Below, one piece after another: positions 1 through 9,792 of a DNA stretch of 64,000 bases. How positions within the stretch are numbered: position 1 is the first letter of the stretch; each line of letters begins with the position of its first letter. Source of the stretch: Thermoproteota archaeon. Its GTDB lineage: Archaea > Thermoproteota > Thermoprotei > Thermofilales > B9-G17. The notes under the pieces were generated by a model. That model worked only from the letters and a program-made list of their open reading frames with translations, did not search any database and was not told the origin of the DNA. Position numbers and translations under genes: made by a program. The stretch is from NCBI GenBank assembly GCA_029258885.1, contig JAPDJW010000002.1, positions 480,001-544,000 on the forward strand, written 5' to 3'.

Positions 1-1487
1 TCAAGCGAAAAACCGTACCTAATGGAGGCTTTTTCAGCCAACATTAAAGCCTTAAGCCACAGAGCATTTATCTCCGGCAGTAGGAACTTAGGCTTAAATA
101 ACTCGTCAGCTCCTCTCTCGCCCACTATCCTCGATGCTAGATCCTCCGGTATACGGGAGGGAATTCTGCCGAGTTCACTATGCGGAACTACCGAATCAAT
201 CCATGAGTGCGATGGAACCGAATATATAAGCCGATCCCTTAAAACGGGATCCCCATTAACCATCTCGCTCGAATTCGCCTTCATCCTCTTAAGTGCATCG
301 GAAATGAAACCTAACGCAAGTTCAGCCAACTCTGCTTCTCCAGTAATCAGAGAGCACTTGAAGGCATTTATTAGAAGCAGCGGTATGGAGTCGGCAGATC
401 TACAGGAGTCAGCTGGCAACTTACAGGGCGAAGAACACGAGCCATAGAACAGCTTCAGTAGGGTTGAAAGAGTATCCTCTATTTCATCTCGCCAATTTAA
501 TATATCGATATATGTTCTAAGATTCCAATAGATGCCTTCCATGGCATCCCTAAACCATGCTTCTCTAAACCACCATCCACCCGCCTCAGGAATCCATAAA
601 GTTCTCCCACCTACATTAACTTTCAAGCCAAATGAGGACAGTGTAGCTATTCTAAAGTTTATCAAATGTAATATCAACCTAGAGTCCCTAAATCGTTTAA
701 ACGGGCTCCTGAGAACATTAGGCTTATCATCTATTACCCCTACGTTGACTAAGCCCCTAACTGAGCAAGCTATGTTAATTCGAGCTATTTTTTCTCCACC
801 TAAAATGCCATATCCGGGAACGAGAAGCCATCTACGATCCTTAACGAATATGACCTTACCGTCCTCTATCCTCCTAAAGCCGCTATCAAGTTTATACACC
901 CACTCCTGAACATAAGGGTCAAGTGTAAAGTCGCTGAATGGGCCAATCAGTAATTCTCTACTACTTCTCCACGCCTTTAAGTAAATGCCATCCTTTTCTT
1001 TAAGAAGTGATAGATCGTGTTCCTCAGGCTTTGAATCGGCGTAGAAATGCCTAATATCGAGAAATGGAGCAATGTAAATTTCTCCAGTATGTCTGCCGTA
1101 TTCCACCGATAATATACACGCGTTGTTGGAGTGCCCTATTCTATATGAGACTTCCAGCTCTCCATAATTGCTAGCATATATGTAGGTAATTTTATTCGGA
1201 GAAACTCTAACTGCGGAAGGCTTAAACTTATCCTCAGATGAAAATGCAATAGAATCAACGTACTTCCACACAGAATTTCCGACATTAGATAATAGCCCCT
1301 CGTAGGGCAAATCTCTGTTAGGAACCAGAAAATCCATTCCGTAGAGAGGTACCTCCACGCTAAAAATGGATTGACAGAATTCGCCGAAAGCGCATCTTAT
1401 AGAGGCTCTAACAGTACGGGCATAGTCGTGTTCGCTATTTTCCACCGGAATATACTCGATATAGCTGGGCGTAATTCTCCTTATCAT
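1..1487 (-). CDS. Amylo-alpha-1,6-glucosidase / glycogen debranching enzyme-like protein (3' end runs off window)
   Basis: Not in the ORF track. Manual translation from ATG at 1487 (MIRRITPSYIEY...) is open to the window edge. It contains IPEAGGWWFREAWFRDAMEG, resembling the 'AGYPWF..WGRD' motif of archaeal debranching enzymes, plus SHSWIDS and LLPEINALW. Confidence 0.75.
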   Translation of the reverse strand, partial: MIRRITPSYIEYIPVENSEHDYARTVRASIRCAFGEFCQSIFSVEVPLYGMDFLVPNRDLPYEGLLSNVGNSVWKYVDSIAFSSEDKFKPSAVRVSPNKITYIYASNYGELEVSYRIGHSNNACILSVEYGRHTGEIYIAPFLDIRHFYADSKPEEHDLSLLKEKDGIYLKAWRSSRELLIGPFSDFTLDPYVQEWVYKLDSGFRRIEDGKVIFVKDRRWLLVPGYGILGGEKIARINIACSVRGLVNVGVIDDKPNVLRSPFKRFRDSRLILHLINFRIATLSSFGLKVNVGGRTLWIPEAGGWWFREAWFRDAMEGIYWNLRTYIDILNWRDEIEDTLSTLLKLFYGSCSSPCKLPADSCRSADSIPLLLINAFKCSLITGEAELAELALGFISDALKRMKANSSEMVNGDPVLRDRLIYSVPSHSWIDSVVPHSELGRIPSRIPEDLASRIVGERGADELFKPKFLLPEINALWLKALMLAEKASIRYGFSL

Positions 1488-1639
1488 CCAACCACATGCT
1501 CTTCATAGTCTTACTAGCTATATAGTTTTTAACCCTTAATGAAGAGTGCTGGTGGCATTACACCGAGACATTAAGTTGATAAACACATTATATTATATAA
1601 GTAATTTAAAAATTTAAAATAAGACATATAACAAACAAT

Positions 1640-1738
1640 GGAGATGTTGTAAACGGAGCGTCAAACATAGGACTAGCTATAAAAAGCGCTAGAAAAACAG
1701 CAACATACGTTGATAAGTACGTGAGGGCTAGCATATAG
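1640..1738 (+). pseudogene. Orphan 3' fragment of a GltD/SudA-like FAD oxidoreductase
   Basis: Translates GDVVNGASNIGLAIKSARKTATYVDKYVRASI*, like the C-terminal 'GD...G...V..AI..G..AA..ID.YL' motif. No upstream coding frame. Confidence 0.45.
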
Positions 1739-1802
1739 CTTAAAAGCTTATCGATTTAAGCTGGAGATTAAAGTTATATATAGATAGATATAGGGTGGTC
1801 TT

Positions 1803-2029
1803 ATGGCTCGAACAATAATTGTTTCAGATGAGGTATATGAGCTGTTAAAAAGATTAAAGAGGGTTTTAGTGATTTAATTAAACGGCTCATATTAAAGAAT
1901 ATGGGAAGCTTACTTGACCCAGTAGGCTCCGACGCCATAACCGCGGAAGGAGCGAGGTTACTCGAAGAATATAAGAGAAGAATGGTAGAGACAGACTTAG
2001 AGAGATTGAGAAGAATTATGGAGAATTAA
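1803..2029 (+). pseudogene. vapB: Frameshifted VapB-type antitoxin (DUF217-like)
   Basis: MARTIIVSDEVYELLKRLK, then a frame change near 1860 to GFSDLIKRLILKNMG...RRIMEN*. Lies directly upstream of a PIN-like start. Confidence 0.65.
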
Positions 2030-2032
2030 CGA

Positions 2033-2218
2033 ATGTATATATTTGACACCAGCTACTCTATGAGGTTCGACATAATTCCTTACGATTTAGCGCAGCGTAG
2101 TAGTATGCAGATAAACGAAACAATATATTTCAGCAGCAATACCATTTTCATGGCGATGAAGAGTGGACGCAGCACCCGAGCGATGAGGAAGCCCCTACTC
2201 CCAGAGCCATTAGCCTAA
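2033..2218 (+). pseudogene. vapC: Decayed VapC/PIN toxin remnant
   Basis: Starts MYIFDTSY (PIN N-terminal motif) 3 nt after the vapB-like stop. It is far too short and the remaining PIN acidic motifs are lost. Confidence 0.5.
2152..2208 (+). ncRNA. Candidate box C/D-like (K-turn) small RNA
   Basis: GGC-GATGA-(16 nt)-CCGA-G-CGATGA-(15 nt)-CAGA-GCC gives C/D'/C'/D-like boxes with a GGC/GCC terminal stem. The boxes are non-consensus. Confidence 0.3.
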
Positions 2219-2252
2219 CAGTCGTCCTACAGGGCTATTTTTATTGAATATA

Positions 2253-2834
2253 TCAAATCTTGGCATAGCCATATTTTTCAAAGAATTTTTCGACATTTTC
2301 TATGAAATTATTGAAGTTACTGGCATTAATACTGCATCTTTTGAGGAGAACTGGTTGGTAAACAGATCCCCACCAGGTTAGTTCATATTTTTGAGTAATT
2401 TTGCTAATTCTTTTCTTCATTTCCGCCGGTTGATCAGAATATCTAAGCATATAGTTATCTCTAGGATCACTAATACCAGATATAAATATGAATCCTGGAG
2501 CATCAACGATAAGAATTCCGCTCGGAGGTTTAGCTTTATAAAAGAATATGGAATAGATATTCCTAAACGGCATTTTACTTTTCTTTTTAGTATATTCCTT
2601 TATCCTGTCACATACTCTAATTAACTTATAAATTCCTCTATCGGTTTGAGCACCTAATTCTTCTAAACCATGGTTTCTTATGGAATCTATTAAATCGATA
2701 AAATCTTTAAGCGAAATTATAGAAAATTGCTGATTAAATAAGTCATTTTCAAATCTTAAGATAGCTTTTCTATGCCAATTTTTATATTTGCTAGAAATAC
2801 TGTCAATTATTTCATATGCATCTAAAATTATCAA
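2253..2834 (-). CDS. Hypothetical protein (AT-rich, 193 aa)
   Basis: Open ORF with TTG start; no recognised motif. Confidence 0.55.
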   Translation of the reverse strand: MIILDAYEIIDSISSKYKNWHRKAILRFENDLFNQQFSIISLKDFIDLIDSIRNHGLEELGAQTDRGIYKLIRVCDRIKEYTKKKSKMPFRNIYSIFFYKAKPPSGILIVDAPGFIFISGISDPRDNYMLRYSDQPAEMKKRISKITQKYELTWWGSVYQPVLLKRCSINASNFNNFIENVEKFFEKYGYAKI

Positions 2835-3113
2835 ACTCTCACCTATCCCTATTATAGTTTACGATGCTGTAATTTTATGTGCCTTACTTATATTTTCCAA
2901 TAAATCCTAGATCTCTTAATGTGTAGTTTGACTATGAACCGCGCAATTACTAGTATGTTTATTTATACGGCTAGTGTAAGGTGAGCATTTTTCTGACTGA
3001 ACATTTGAGTTAGTTTTTCTAACGAATACAAGGGTTGTGGTTCTAGCAAAGAATTTTCTCTGATACAATGAAAATGAAATTCATATAGTAATATAGTGGT
3101 AAGCAATATAGTA

Positions 3114-3283
3114 GGTTTCCATAGACCTTAAATGGCAGTTTAGGATGCTACTATCCTCAATCTTCAGCTGATTTATCAACTTAGTATATATTTTAGGCTC
3201 TCCAACTACTAAGGTCTTAAGAATACTTTTTATGTGCTGAGTTTTTAAAGCAGAAATATCCTTGTTAAATCCTTCTCCGGTAA
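3114..3283 (-). pseudogene. Decayed winged-helix regulator fragment
   Basis: LPEKDLTRIFLL*KLST*KVFLRPL...IYTKLINQLKIEDSSILNCHLRSM is ArsR-like wHTH text with two in-frame stops. Confidence 0.35.
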
Positions 3284-3475
3284 AGGTATTTCAGCACTAC
3301 CACCAGATTATGCAATTGCTTCACGTACAAAATTCTTTCACGTAAGGATTCTAATCGAAATATGCATGTGTTGCAATGTATTTGGTTAATTTATGCGGAT
3401 CTATAGGCTGATTTTGGTAAACAAAGATTTGTAAAAGCTTATTTTTCTTAAAGGAATTAATATTCCCGTGGTAGT

Positions 3476-5143
3476 ATGATGGATTTAAGCTTCGACTTTA
3501 AGGATAAGTACTGGCAGTTTAAGGATCTACGTTTCGCCTTCAGAATCTATACCTTAGACAATATATACGGTGTAGATCCTAACAGGGCAAGCTTTAAGGT
3601 TGTTGAGGAGGAAGGTGTTGAAAAGGCTGTTGTCAGGGCGGATGGATTCTACTATGCTGGAGGACAGAAGAAGATAGATGGAAGCTTCTATGCTGAACTT
3701 GTGGATAGAGGTGGAGTAATCGAGGTTAAGGCTGATGCAGGTTTTCCCGAGGATGTTAAGGCTGAAGATAGGGATCTAATGTTTGAGGAGTTTAAAGTCA
3801 AGGCATTGGCGATACTTATTAAGTGTGTGTCGGGCAGCGAGGTTTTGGATGGCCGTTTCAACTTCATGAAGATTGATTGGGATAGAGGTATAATATTCAA
3901 TTACCCGAGGTCGTGGATAACATATACATATGGACTATTGACACCGCTGCTTGTTCTGAAGGAGAGTAGAGATTACACGTTTTTCTTAAGTATGGATCAC
4001 GAGGTTAGGCCGAAGAGGTTTGCGCTAAAGAAGGATCTTGATGGAGAACATCTGGTTGAGATTATTCATGAGGAGAAGGCATACCTCTACAAGAGAAGCA
4101 TAACTGTGCCTACTTGGCGTATAGGTAAATGTAGCGATCCAATGGATGTCTTAAGGATGAGGATGAAGCTGATGGAGGAGAAGTGGGGTCTTAAGCCGTG
4201 GAATCAACGCGATGATGTACCGGAGTGGATGAGAAAGGTTTCACTTGTAGTCAATATGCACGGCAAGCATTGGACGGGCTTCGTATTTAATACGTTTAGT
4301 AGGATGCTTGAAATCCTTGAGTGGATAGCCGAGAGGATCGATGGATACAGGGTTCTAGTGTATATACCGAGTTTCAATGGCAGGTATTACTACGATTACC
4401 CCGTATATGAGCCAGATCCCGATTTAGGTGGTCCTGAGGGCTTCAGAAAGCTAGTGGAGGGTGCGCATGAACTCGGAATGCACGTTGTCCCAATGTACAG
4501 TGCATGCGCGGCTGGCTTTAGGTGGATTGATAGACTAGGCTTAAAGGAGGCAGTAGTTTCAAATAAGTATGGATGGACTATCGTCCCACCTAACTGGGTC
4601 GACTGGGACGCTGATAGAGAGAGGGATGACATATGGATACCAGTAAACCTGGGCCACCCGAAGTTCAGGGAGATGATGTTTAACGCAATACGTAAAGTAA
4701 CGGAGGAATACGGTGTCGACGGTGCTTTCCTAGACATAACCCACTTCTACGTTAATGACTCAAAATACGATTTTTACGAAGGCTTAAAGCAGCTCATAAG
4801 GGACCTAAAGAAGGAGTTCGGAAGAAACTTCCTTGTATTCGGGGAATACTACTACGATGCATTGATGCCTATAATACCACTATTTCACGTACCGTTCCCC
4901 GAGAACTATACGGAGTTCTTCACCAAATATATTCGAACAGCATACCACCTATCAACTCCCTCTCCGGGAAGAGGTAGCAGCGGAGTTCATGAAGCAGGGC
5001 ATCTAAAGTTCTTCGTTCCTGATCCAAGCAAGGAGGCAATACCAACGCTATGTATAGTAGAGGATACGATACCGGATCATGCAGAGGAAGCTGAGAAGGT
5101 AATAGAGGCCGCGAAGAAGTACGCTGAAATAAGAGGAATATAG
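3476..5143 (+). CDS. Putative glycoside hydrolase, (beta/alpha)8 type, family unassigned
   Basis: 555 aa. Motifs YYYDYP.YEPDPDLGGPEGFRKLV...HELGMHV and YGVDGAFLDITH are typical of GH-D/GH13-like TIM barrels. Confidence 0.6.
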   Translation: MMDLSFDFKDKYWQFKDLRFAFRIYTLDNIYGVDPNRASFKVVEEEGVEKAVVRADGFYYAGGQKKIDGSFYAELVDRGGVIEVKADAGFPEDVKAEDRDLMFEEFKVKALAILIKCVSGSEVLDGRFNFMKIDWDRGIIFNYPRSWITYTYGLLTPLLVLKESRDYTFFLSMDHEVRPKRFALKKDLDGEHLVEIIHEEKAYLYKRSITVPTWRIGKCSDPMDVLRMRMKLMEEKWGLKPWNQRDDVPEWMRKVSLVVNMHGKHWTGFVFNTFSRMLEILEWIAERIDGYRVLVYIPSFNGRYYYDYPVYEPDPDLGGPEGFRKLVEGAHELGMHVVPMYSACAAGFRWIDRLGLKEAVVSNKYGWTIVPPNWVDWDADRERDDIWIPVNLGHPKFREMMFNAIRKVTEEYGVDGAFLDITHFYVNDSKYDFYEGLKQLIRDLKKEFGRNFLVFGEYYYDALMPIIPLFHVPFPENYTEFFTKYIRTAYHLSTPSPGRGSSGVHEAGHLKFFVPDPSKEAIPTLCIVEDTIPDHAEEAEKVIEAAKKYAEIRGI

Positions 5144-5144
5144 G

Positions 5145-5921
5145 TTATCTACGCTTAATACCTCTGGCTTCAATTTCTTTTATCACATGATTAAATACTT
5201 CCTCAGCTATTTTTTCGATATCCCGTGTGGCGTCAATAACTATAAACCTTGATTCATTGACCTCGGACGCTATCTTCAGAAACTTTCTACGTACATGCTC
5301 TAGAAACTCTATTCTCTCATACTTAGTTAGCGCCTCCCTACCCTTAATTCTTTCAAGGGCTTTCTCAACGGGTAAGTCGAGCAGAAACACTATATCCGGA
5401 AGCTTTATCCACCTATTAGCAGCCCAAATAAACTCCTGAGAAGCCCCTAGGCTGCTCTGATAGGCTAAGCTCGCATAAAAGGATCTATCGCTGACAACCA
5501 CCTTATCACCCCTTAGCGCTGGGAGGACTATCTCTCTTTGAAGAATAATTCTATCAGCAGCAAATATGTATACTTCAGCATCAGGATCTATCCTATAATT
5601 ATACAAAATTTCCTTAGAAGCATCAAGCCAAGGCTCCCTAACGGAAACCACGTCTACATTCATAGCCTCCAGCCTTTCGACAAGCTTTTCTACCTGAGTA
5701 GTTTTTCCACTACCATCTATCCCCTCGAAGGCTATGTAAAGTCCCTTTTCAACCCTATAGTCCCTAAAAGGCTCATCAACAACTTTACGCCGTGCTTCGA
5801 GAATAGAGCCGCAGACAGGACAGTAGACCCCCTCAATTACCGACCCATCAAAGGCGTAGGTCTTTATAGTTTGCGGTGTAACCTCGACGCGGCATACAGG
5901 ACAGAAATATCTCCTCCTCAT
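5145..5921 (-). CDS. tmk: Thymidylate kinase with N-terminal Zn-ribbon extension
   Basis: FEGIDGSGKTT P-loop, REP, DR.xQR and DRSFYASLAYQ. The N-terminus has CPVC...CPVC. Confidence 0.9.
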   Translation of the reverse strand: MRRRYFCPVCRVEVTPQTIKTYAFDGSVIEGVYCPVCGSILEARRKVVDEPFRDYRVEKGLYIAFEGIDGSGKTTQVEKLVERLEAMNVDVVSVREPWLDASKEILYNYRIDPDAEVYIFAADRIILQREIVLPALRGDKVVVSDRSFYASLAYQSSLGASQEFIWAANRWIKLPDIVFLLDLPVEKALERIKGREALTKYERIEFLEHVRRKFLKIASEVNESRFIVIDATRDIEKIAEEVFNHVIKEIEARGIKRR

Positions 5922-6106
5922 GGCTTCAACCTTCTCTATTTATACAGGGGTAAGCTTATGAAACTTTTGCTAAAAATTCGCCTTAGACTTTAGTATATAC
6001 CTTGCACTTTAAGTTCTCATCTTTAATTCCTTGACGTAATTATATTGGTGTATATGGTTTAATGTAGTCTCTGACCTTGGAGTATCATGAAATCTATTAA
6101 TCTTGT

Positions 6107-7336
6107 CTAACTAGCTTTTATTAAATCAATTATTTTTTGAACGTCCCATACTTCTATATCCTCGAGTCTTTCGGGCAAAATACTTTCAGAGGGGACTATA
6201 AGTATCCTCCTTACGTTTCTAAAGGAGGAAAGTTTTCTCTCTATACGTCTTAGCACGCTTTTATCAAGGCTTTTCCTCCACTTTACCTCAGCAACTACCC
6301 TAAGCTTATTGAACTCAACCAAGGCTACATCGATTTCATAGGGTTTAACTACTGCTGCCGGGGTTAGGTTAAAAATTTTTGCAAGCAAGTTTCTGAAGAA
6401 AGTCTCTACATGATGCGGTAGCTTCTCTCTAAAATACTTTACATCTAGATCTCTCTCTGAGAAATTATATTTTTCATCTAGATAGTAGTAGAGGTCTATC
6501 ATCGGCGAGGATAAATAATAGTAATATCTTCTACCGCTATACTCGCGTATTCTCTCAAGAAGGCCCAGCTTACATAGTATATCTATAAACGAGGTAACTA
6601 AGCCGTGATCTTCTCTTCTAATTATGCTCCTAGAGTATAAGTAACCTGCTATTTCACCAACTCTAGCTTTACCTGAGGCAATAGCTCGAAGTATGCCTTC
6701 GTACTTAGCGCTAAACCCCCTTTCCTCCTCGGTGAAAATTTCGCCTAGCAAAGCTGGCACAGTCAACCTAAATCCCTTTAAGATATCAAATAACTCTATA
6801 TCCTTAGTAAAGCTCCTTAATAGTATAGGTTCCCTCAAATATACTGAATACTCTACAAGCTTAAATGGGTCAGCTATATACTCCTTAAGATTAACTAGTA
6901 TATCCCTCTCATCTATTAGATCAAGCCTATACTCGTAGAAGAGACCCGTAAGTGGAGAGCCTGGTTTAAGAATCTTTTTCACTAGATGGAGAGTAGATGT
7001 AATTAATATCACGTTTAGAGGAGCCTTTAAATGAAGGTAGTCAAGGAATTCATCAGGCAACCTATGGAATTCATCGATAATAACAAGCTTGCCTTCATCA
7101 AATAACCTATCCAAGAGGATTATAAACGCCTTATACTCTAGGTTTTCTCCCAAGTTCTCGTAAAATATTCCTCCCCCTCTCTTTACAAAAAAGTAGTGTG
7201 AATTCTTAAAGAGATGTTTAATAAGAAATGTCTTTCCAGTCTTCCGCCTACCATAAATCAGTAAATTTCGAGGAAGCTTCTCCAGTCTCTCCTCATCTCT
7301 AAATCTCTTAACGATAATCATATTTATGATAACCAT
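6107..7336 (-). CDS. Archaeal ATPase (AAA+) with C-terminal DUF234/PD-(D/E)XK-like domain
   Basis: YGRRKTGKT Walker A, IIDEFH Walker B, central wHTH, C-terminal EIDVAL...AEVKW. Confidence 0.85.
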   Translation of the reverse strand: MVIINMIIVKRFRDEERLEKLPRNLLIYGRRKTGKTFLIKHLFKNSHYFFVKRGGGIFYENLGENLEYKAFIILLDRLFDEGKLVIIDEFHRLPDEFLDYLHLKAPLNVILITSTLHLVKKILKPGSPLTGLFYEYRLDLIDERDILVNLKEYIADPFKLVEYSVYLREPILLRSFTKDIELFDILKGFRLTVPALLGEIFTEEERGFSAKYEGILRAIASGKARVGEIAGYLYSRSIIRREDHGLVTSFIDILCKLGLLERIREYSGRRYYYYLSSPMIDLYYYLDEKYNFSERDLDVKYFREKLPHHVETFFRNLLAKIFNLTPAAVVKPYEIDVALVEFNKLRVVAEVKWRKSLDKSVLRRIERKLSSFRNVRRILIVPSESILPERLEDIEVWDVQKIIDLIKAS

Positions 7337-7594
7337 AATTATCCTAATAAAAATTATCCTCTAATACCATATTCGCAGACTTATCGTTTTCGCTTTAAAG
7401 GCTTCAACTTCATCATCGCTAGCATACGAATAAATCCCAGACCAGCTATCAGTTAACGTGCACTAACTTCAGTAGAGCGCTAATGAAGGAGCTTAACATT
7501 CCAATAGTTTCCTAAATAACCGGTATAAGCAAACCATTACTAAATTAAAGAGGTATACGATAATTTTATTACCTATATAGTAACGAATAGTGTT

Positions 7595-8263
7595 ATGCTC
7601 TGGTATCTGGATAAGCTCCTAGCAGGCTCACACATACCCTACAGCGAGGAGGATATTAAAGAGTGGGTTAAAAACGGTATAAAAGCCGTCGTAGTTCTAG
7701 TAGAGGATCACGAGGTCGACACCTTCGAGTCCATAGATGAATACTTTAGAATTCTTGAGAAGTACGACCTAGACTATATACATGAGCCTGTAAGGGATTT
7801 CTCTCCACCATCGCTGGAGCAGACTATCTTCATAGTAAAGTGGATTGAGGAGAATATAAGAAATAATAGGCCAGTCCTGGTCCACTGTTATGGAGGCATA
7901 GGGAGAACAGGGACTGTTGTAGCGCAGTTCCTCGTTTACTATGAGAGGCTTGAACCCGAAGAAGCAATAAATAGGGTAAGAGCAGTAAGGCCTGGAAGCG
8001 TGGAGGAGTTTAGCCAAGTAGTTGCAGTATATAACTTTCACCGCTACTGTTTAGCTAAAAACTACAAGCTTGATAACGAAAATTCCAAAGATAATCTTCT
8101 GGTTTGTCCAAAGTGTCTTGGAACTAGAATAGATTTATGGCTAGGCGGCTACGCCGGAAAAATATATAGATGCCTAGACTGTGGATACACAGGCACAATA
8201 ATACTGATCCTAAGCAAAGACGATTATATTAAATTGAAAGAAGAGCTCCGAGAGAGTAAATAA
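7595..8263 (+). CDS. Dual-specificity/tyrosine phosphatase with C-terminal Zn ribbon
   Basis: HCYGGIGRTG (CX5R) and upstream DFSPP general-acid loop. C-terminal CPKC...CLDC. Confidence 0.88.
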   Translation: MLWYLDKLLAGSHIPYSEEDIKEWVKNGIKAVVVLVEDHEVDTFESIDEYFRILEKYDLDYIHEPVRDFSPPSLEQTIFIVKWIEENIRNNRPVLVHCYGGIGRTGTVVAQFLVYYERLEPEEAINRVRAVRPGSVEEFSQVVAVYNFHRYCLAKNYKLDNENSKDNLLVCPKCLGTRIDLWLGGYAGKIYRCLDCGYTGTIILILSKDDYIKLKEELRESK

Positions 8264-8268
8264 CTTGG

Positions 8269-9726
8269 TTAACCCTTAGTTACCGCTATTGGTACCAGCC
8301 TTACGACCTTTTTAGCTATACCGACCCTGTGGCTTACTTCAGCAACCCTATCGACGTCCTTATACGCTCCAGGAGACTCCTCGGCTATAACAATCATGCT
8401 AGCCGCTCTAATTAATATTCCACGTTTCTCAAGATCTCTCTTAATTCGAGATGCGGAGTATGTTCTCTTAGCCTTAGCTCTGCTGAGAAGCCTGCCAGCC
8501 CCGTGGGCGGTTGAGCCGAATGATATTTCCATAGCCTTCGGTGTCCCTATTAGTACGTATGATGCAGTGCCCATGGAACCCGGTATCAAGACTGGCTGGC
8601 CTATGGCTCTATATTTCTTAGGTATGGCTGAATGACCTGGTGGAAATGCTCTCGTAGCCCCCTTCCTATGCACATATACTTTCTTATATGAACCATTAAC
8701 CTTATGGGTTTCAAGTTTGGCGATATTGTGTGCAACATCGTAGACAAGCATCATTCCTAATTCATCGGCAGATCTACCGAATACTCTCTCGAATGCCTGC
8801 CTAGTCCAGTGCATAATAACCTGCCTATTAGCCCAGGCAAAGTTTGCTGCTGCAGACATAGCCGCAAAGTATTCCTCAGCCTCTCTCGAAGTCGTGGGCG
8901 TACTTACAAGCTCTCTATCAGGCAGAGGGACCCTATACTTCCTTACCGCATGCTCCATAACCCTTAGGTAATCGCTACATACCTGATGGCCTAGACCCCT
9001 GCTACCCGTATGTATCATAACAGTTATCTGCCCTTCCTCGTATATTCCAAGCTCCTTAGCAATAGAGGGATTATATATTTTATCTACAACCTGAACCTCG
9101 AGGAAGTGATTTCCACTTCCAAGAGTCCCGAGCTGAGCTCTACCTCTATTCTTAGCCCTCTGCGACACGAGGTCAGGGTCAGCCGTCTCCATATGCCCTC
9201 CCTCCTCACAGTACTCAGCGTCCTCACTCCATCCATAGCCGTTGTCAATAGCCCAGTCAACGCCCTCGCTCAAAACCTTATTTAACTCGGTATCACTTAG
9301 CCTCAACCTACCGGTAGAACCAAGACCTGATGGAACATAATTATACAAAGTATCGATAAGTCTCCTTAAAACAGGCTTTACATCCTCGTACCTAAGATCT
9401 GTTCTTACAAGCCTAACTCCACAGTTGATATCATAGCCTACTCCTCCAGGGCTTATCACTCCCTCTTCAGCGTCAAATGCCGCTACACCGCCTATAGGGA
9501 ATCCGTAGCCCTGGTGGCCATCGGGTAGGACTATAGCGTATTTGTAGATGCCTGGTAATTGGGCTACATTTGTTATCTGCCAGAGTGTCAGGTCTCCCCT
9601 CATCTTCTCCAATAATACTTCATCAGCATATATCCTAGCCGGAACCCTCATTTTAGGGTTATATGTTTTAGGTATCTCCCATACAAATGCATCTATCTTC
9701 TTCAACGGTATTCTAGCAGATGACAT
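8269..9726 (-). CDS. rtcB: RNA-splicing ligase RtcB
   Basis: PDGHQGYGFPIGG, GYDINCG, LGTLGSGNHF, HTGSRG, DVAHN, HRKGATR, AHGAGR, EESPGAYKDV. Start taken at MSSARIP. Confidence 0.97.
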   Translation of the reverse strand: MSSARIPLKKIDAFVWEIPKTYNPKMRVPARIYADEVLLEKMRGDLTLWQITNVAQLPGIYKYAIVLPDGHQGYGFPIGGVAAFDAEEGVISPGGVGYDINCGVRLVRTDLRYEDVKPVLRRLIDTLYNYVPSGLGSTGRLRLSDTELNKVLSEGVDWAIDNGYGWSEDAEYCEEGGHMETADPDLVSQRAKNRGRAQLGTLGSGNHFLEVQVVDKIYNPSIAKELGIYEEGQITVMIHTGSRGLGHQVCSDYLRVMEHAVRKYRVPLPDRELVSTPTTSREAEEYFAAMSAAANFAWANRQVIMHWTRQAFERVFGRSADELGMMLVYDVAHNIAKLETHKVNGSYKKVYVHRKGATRAFPPGHSAIPKKYRAIGQPVLIPGSMGTASYVLIGTPKAMEISFGSTAHGAGRLLSRAKAKRTYSASRIKRDLEKRGILIRAASMIVIAEESPGAYKDVDRVAEVSHRVGIAKKVVRLVPIAVTKG

Positions 9727-9770
9727 ATATTTCACCCTGATATCAAATAGCTAGGGGAGATTATATTAAT

Positions 9771-9791
9771 TTTTATACATAAAGTATAAAA
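9771..9791. promoter_or_regulatory. Inverted repeat / back-to-back TATA region between divergent rtcB and HTH gene
   Basis: TTTTATAC-ataaa-GTATAAAA, a perfect 8-bp inverted repeat in the short divergent intergenic region. Confidence 0.45.
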
Positions 9792-9792
9792 T

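Noticed and set aside
22-909. Plus-strand track ORFs 22..447 and 532..909
   Set aside because: They are antisense shadows of the long minus-strand glucosidase ORF and have no motifs.
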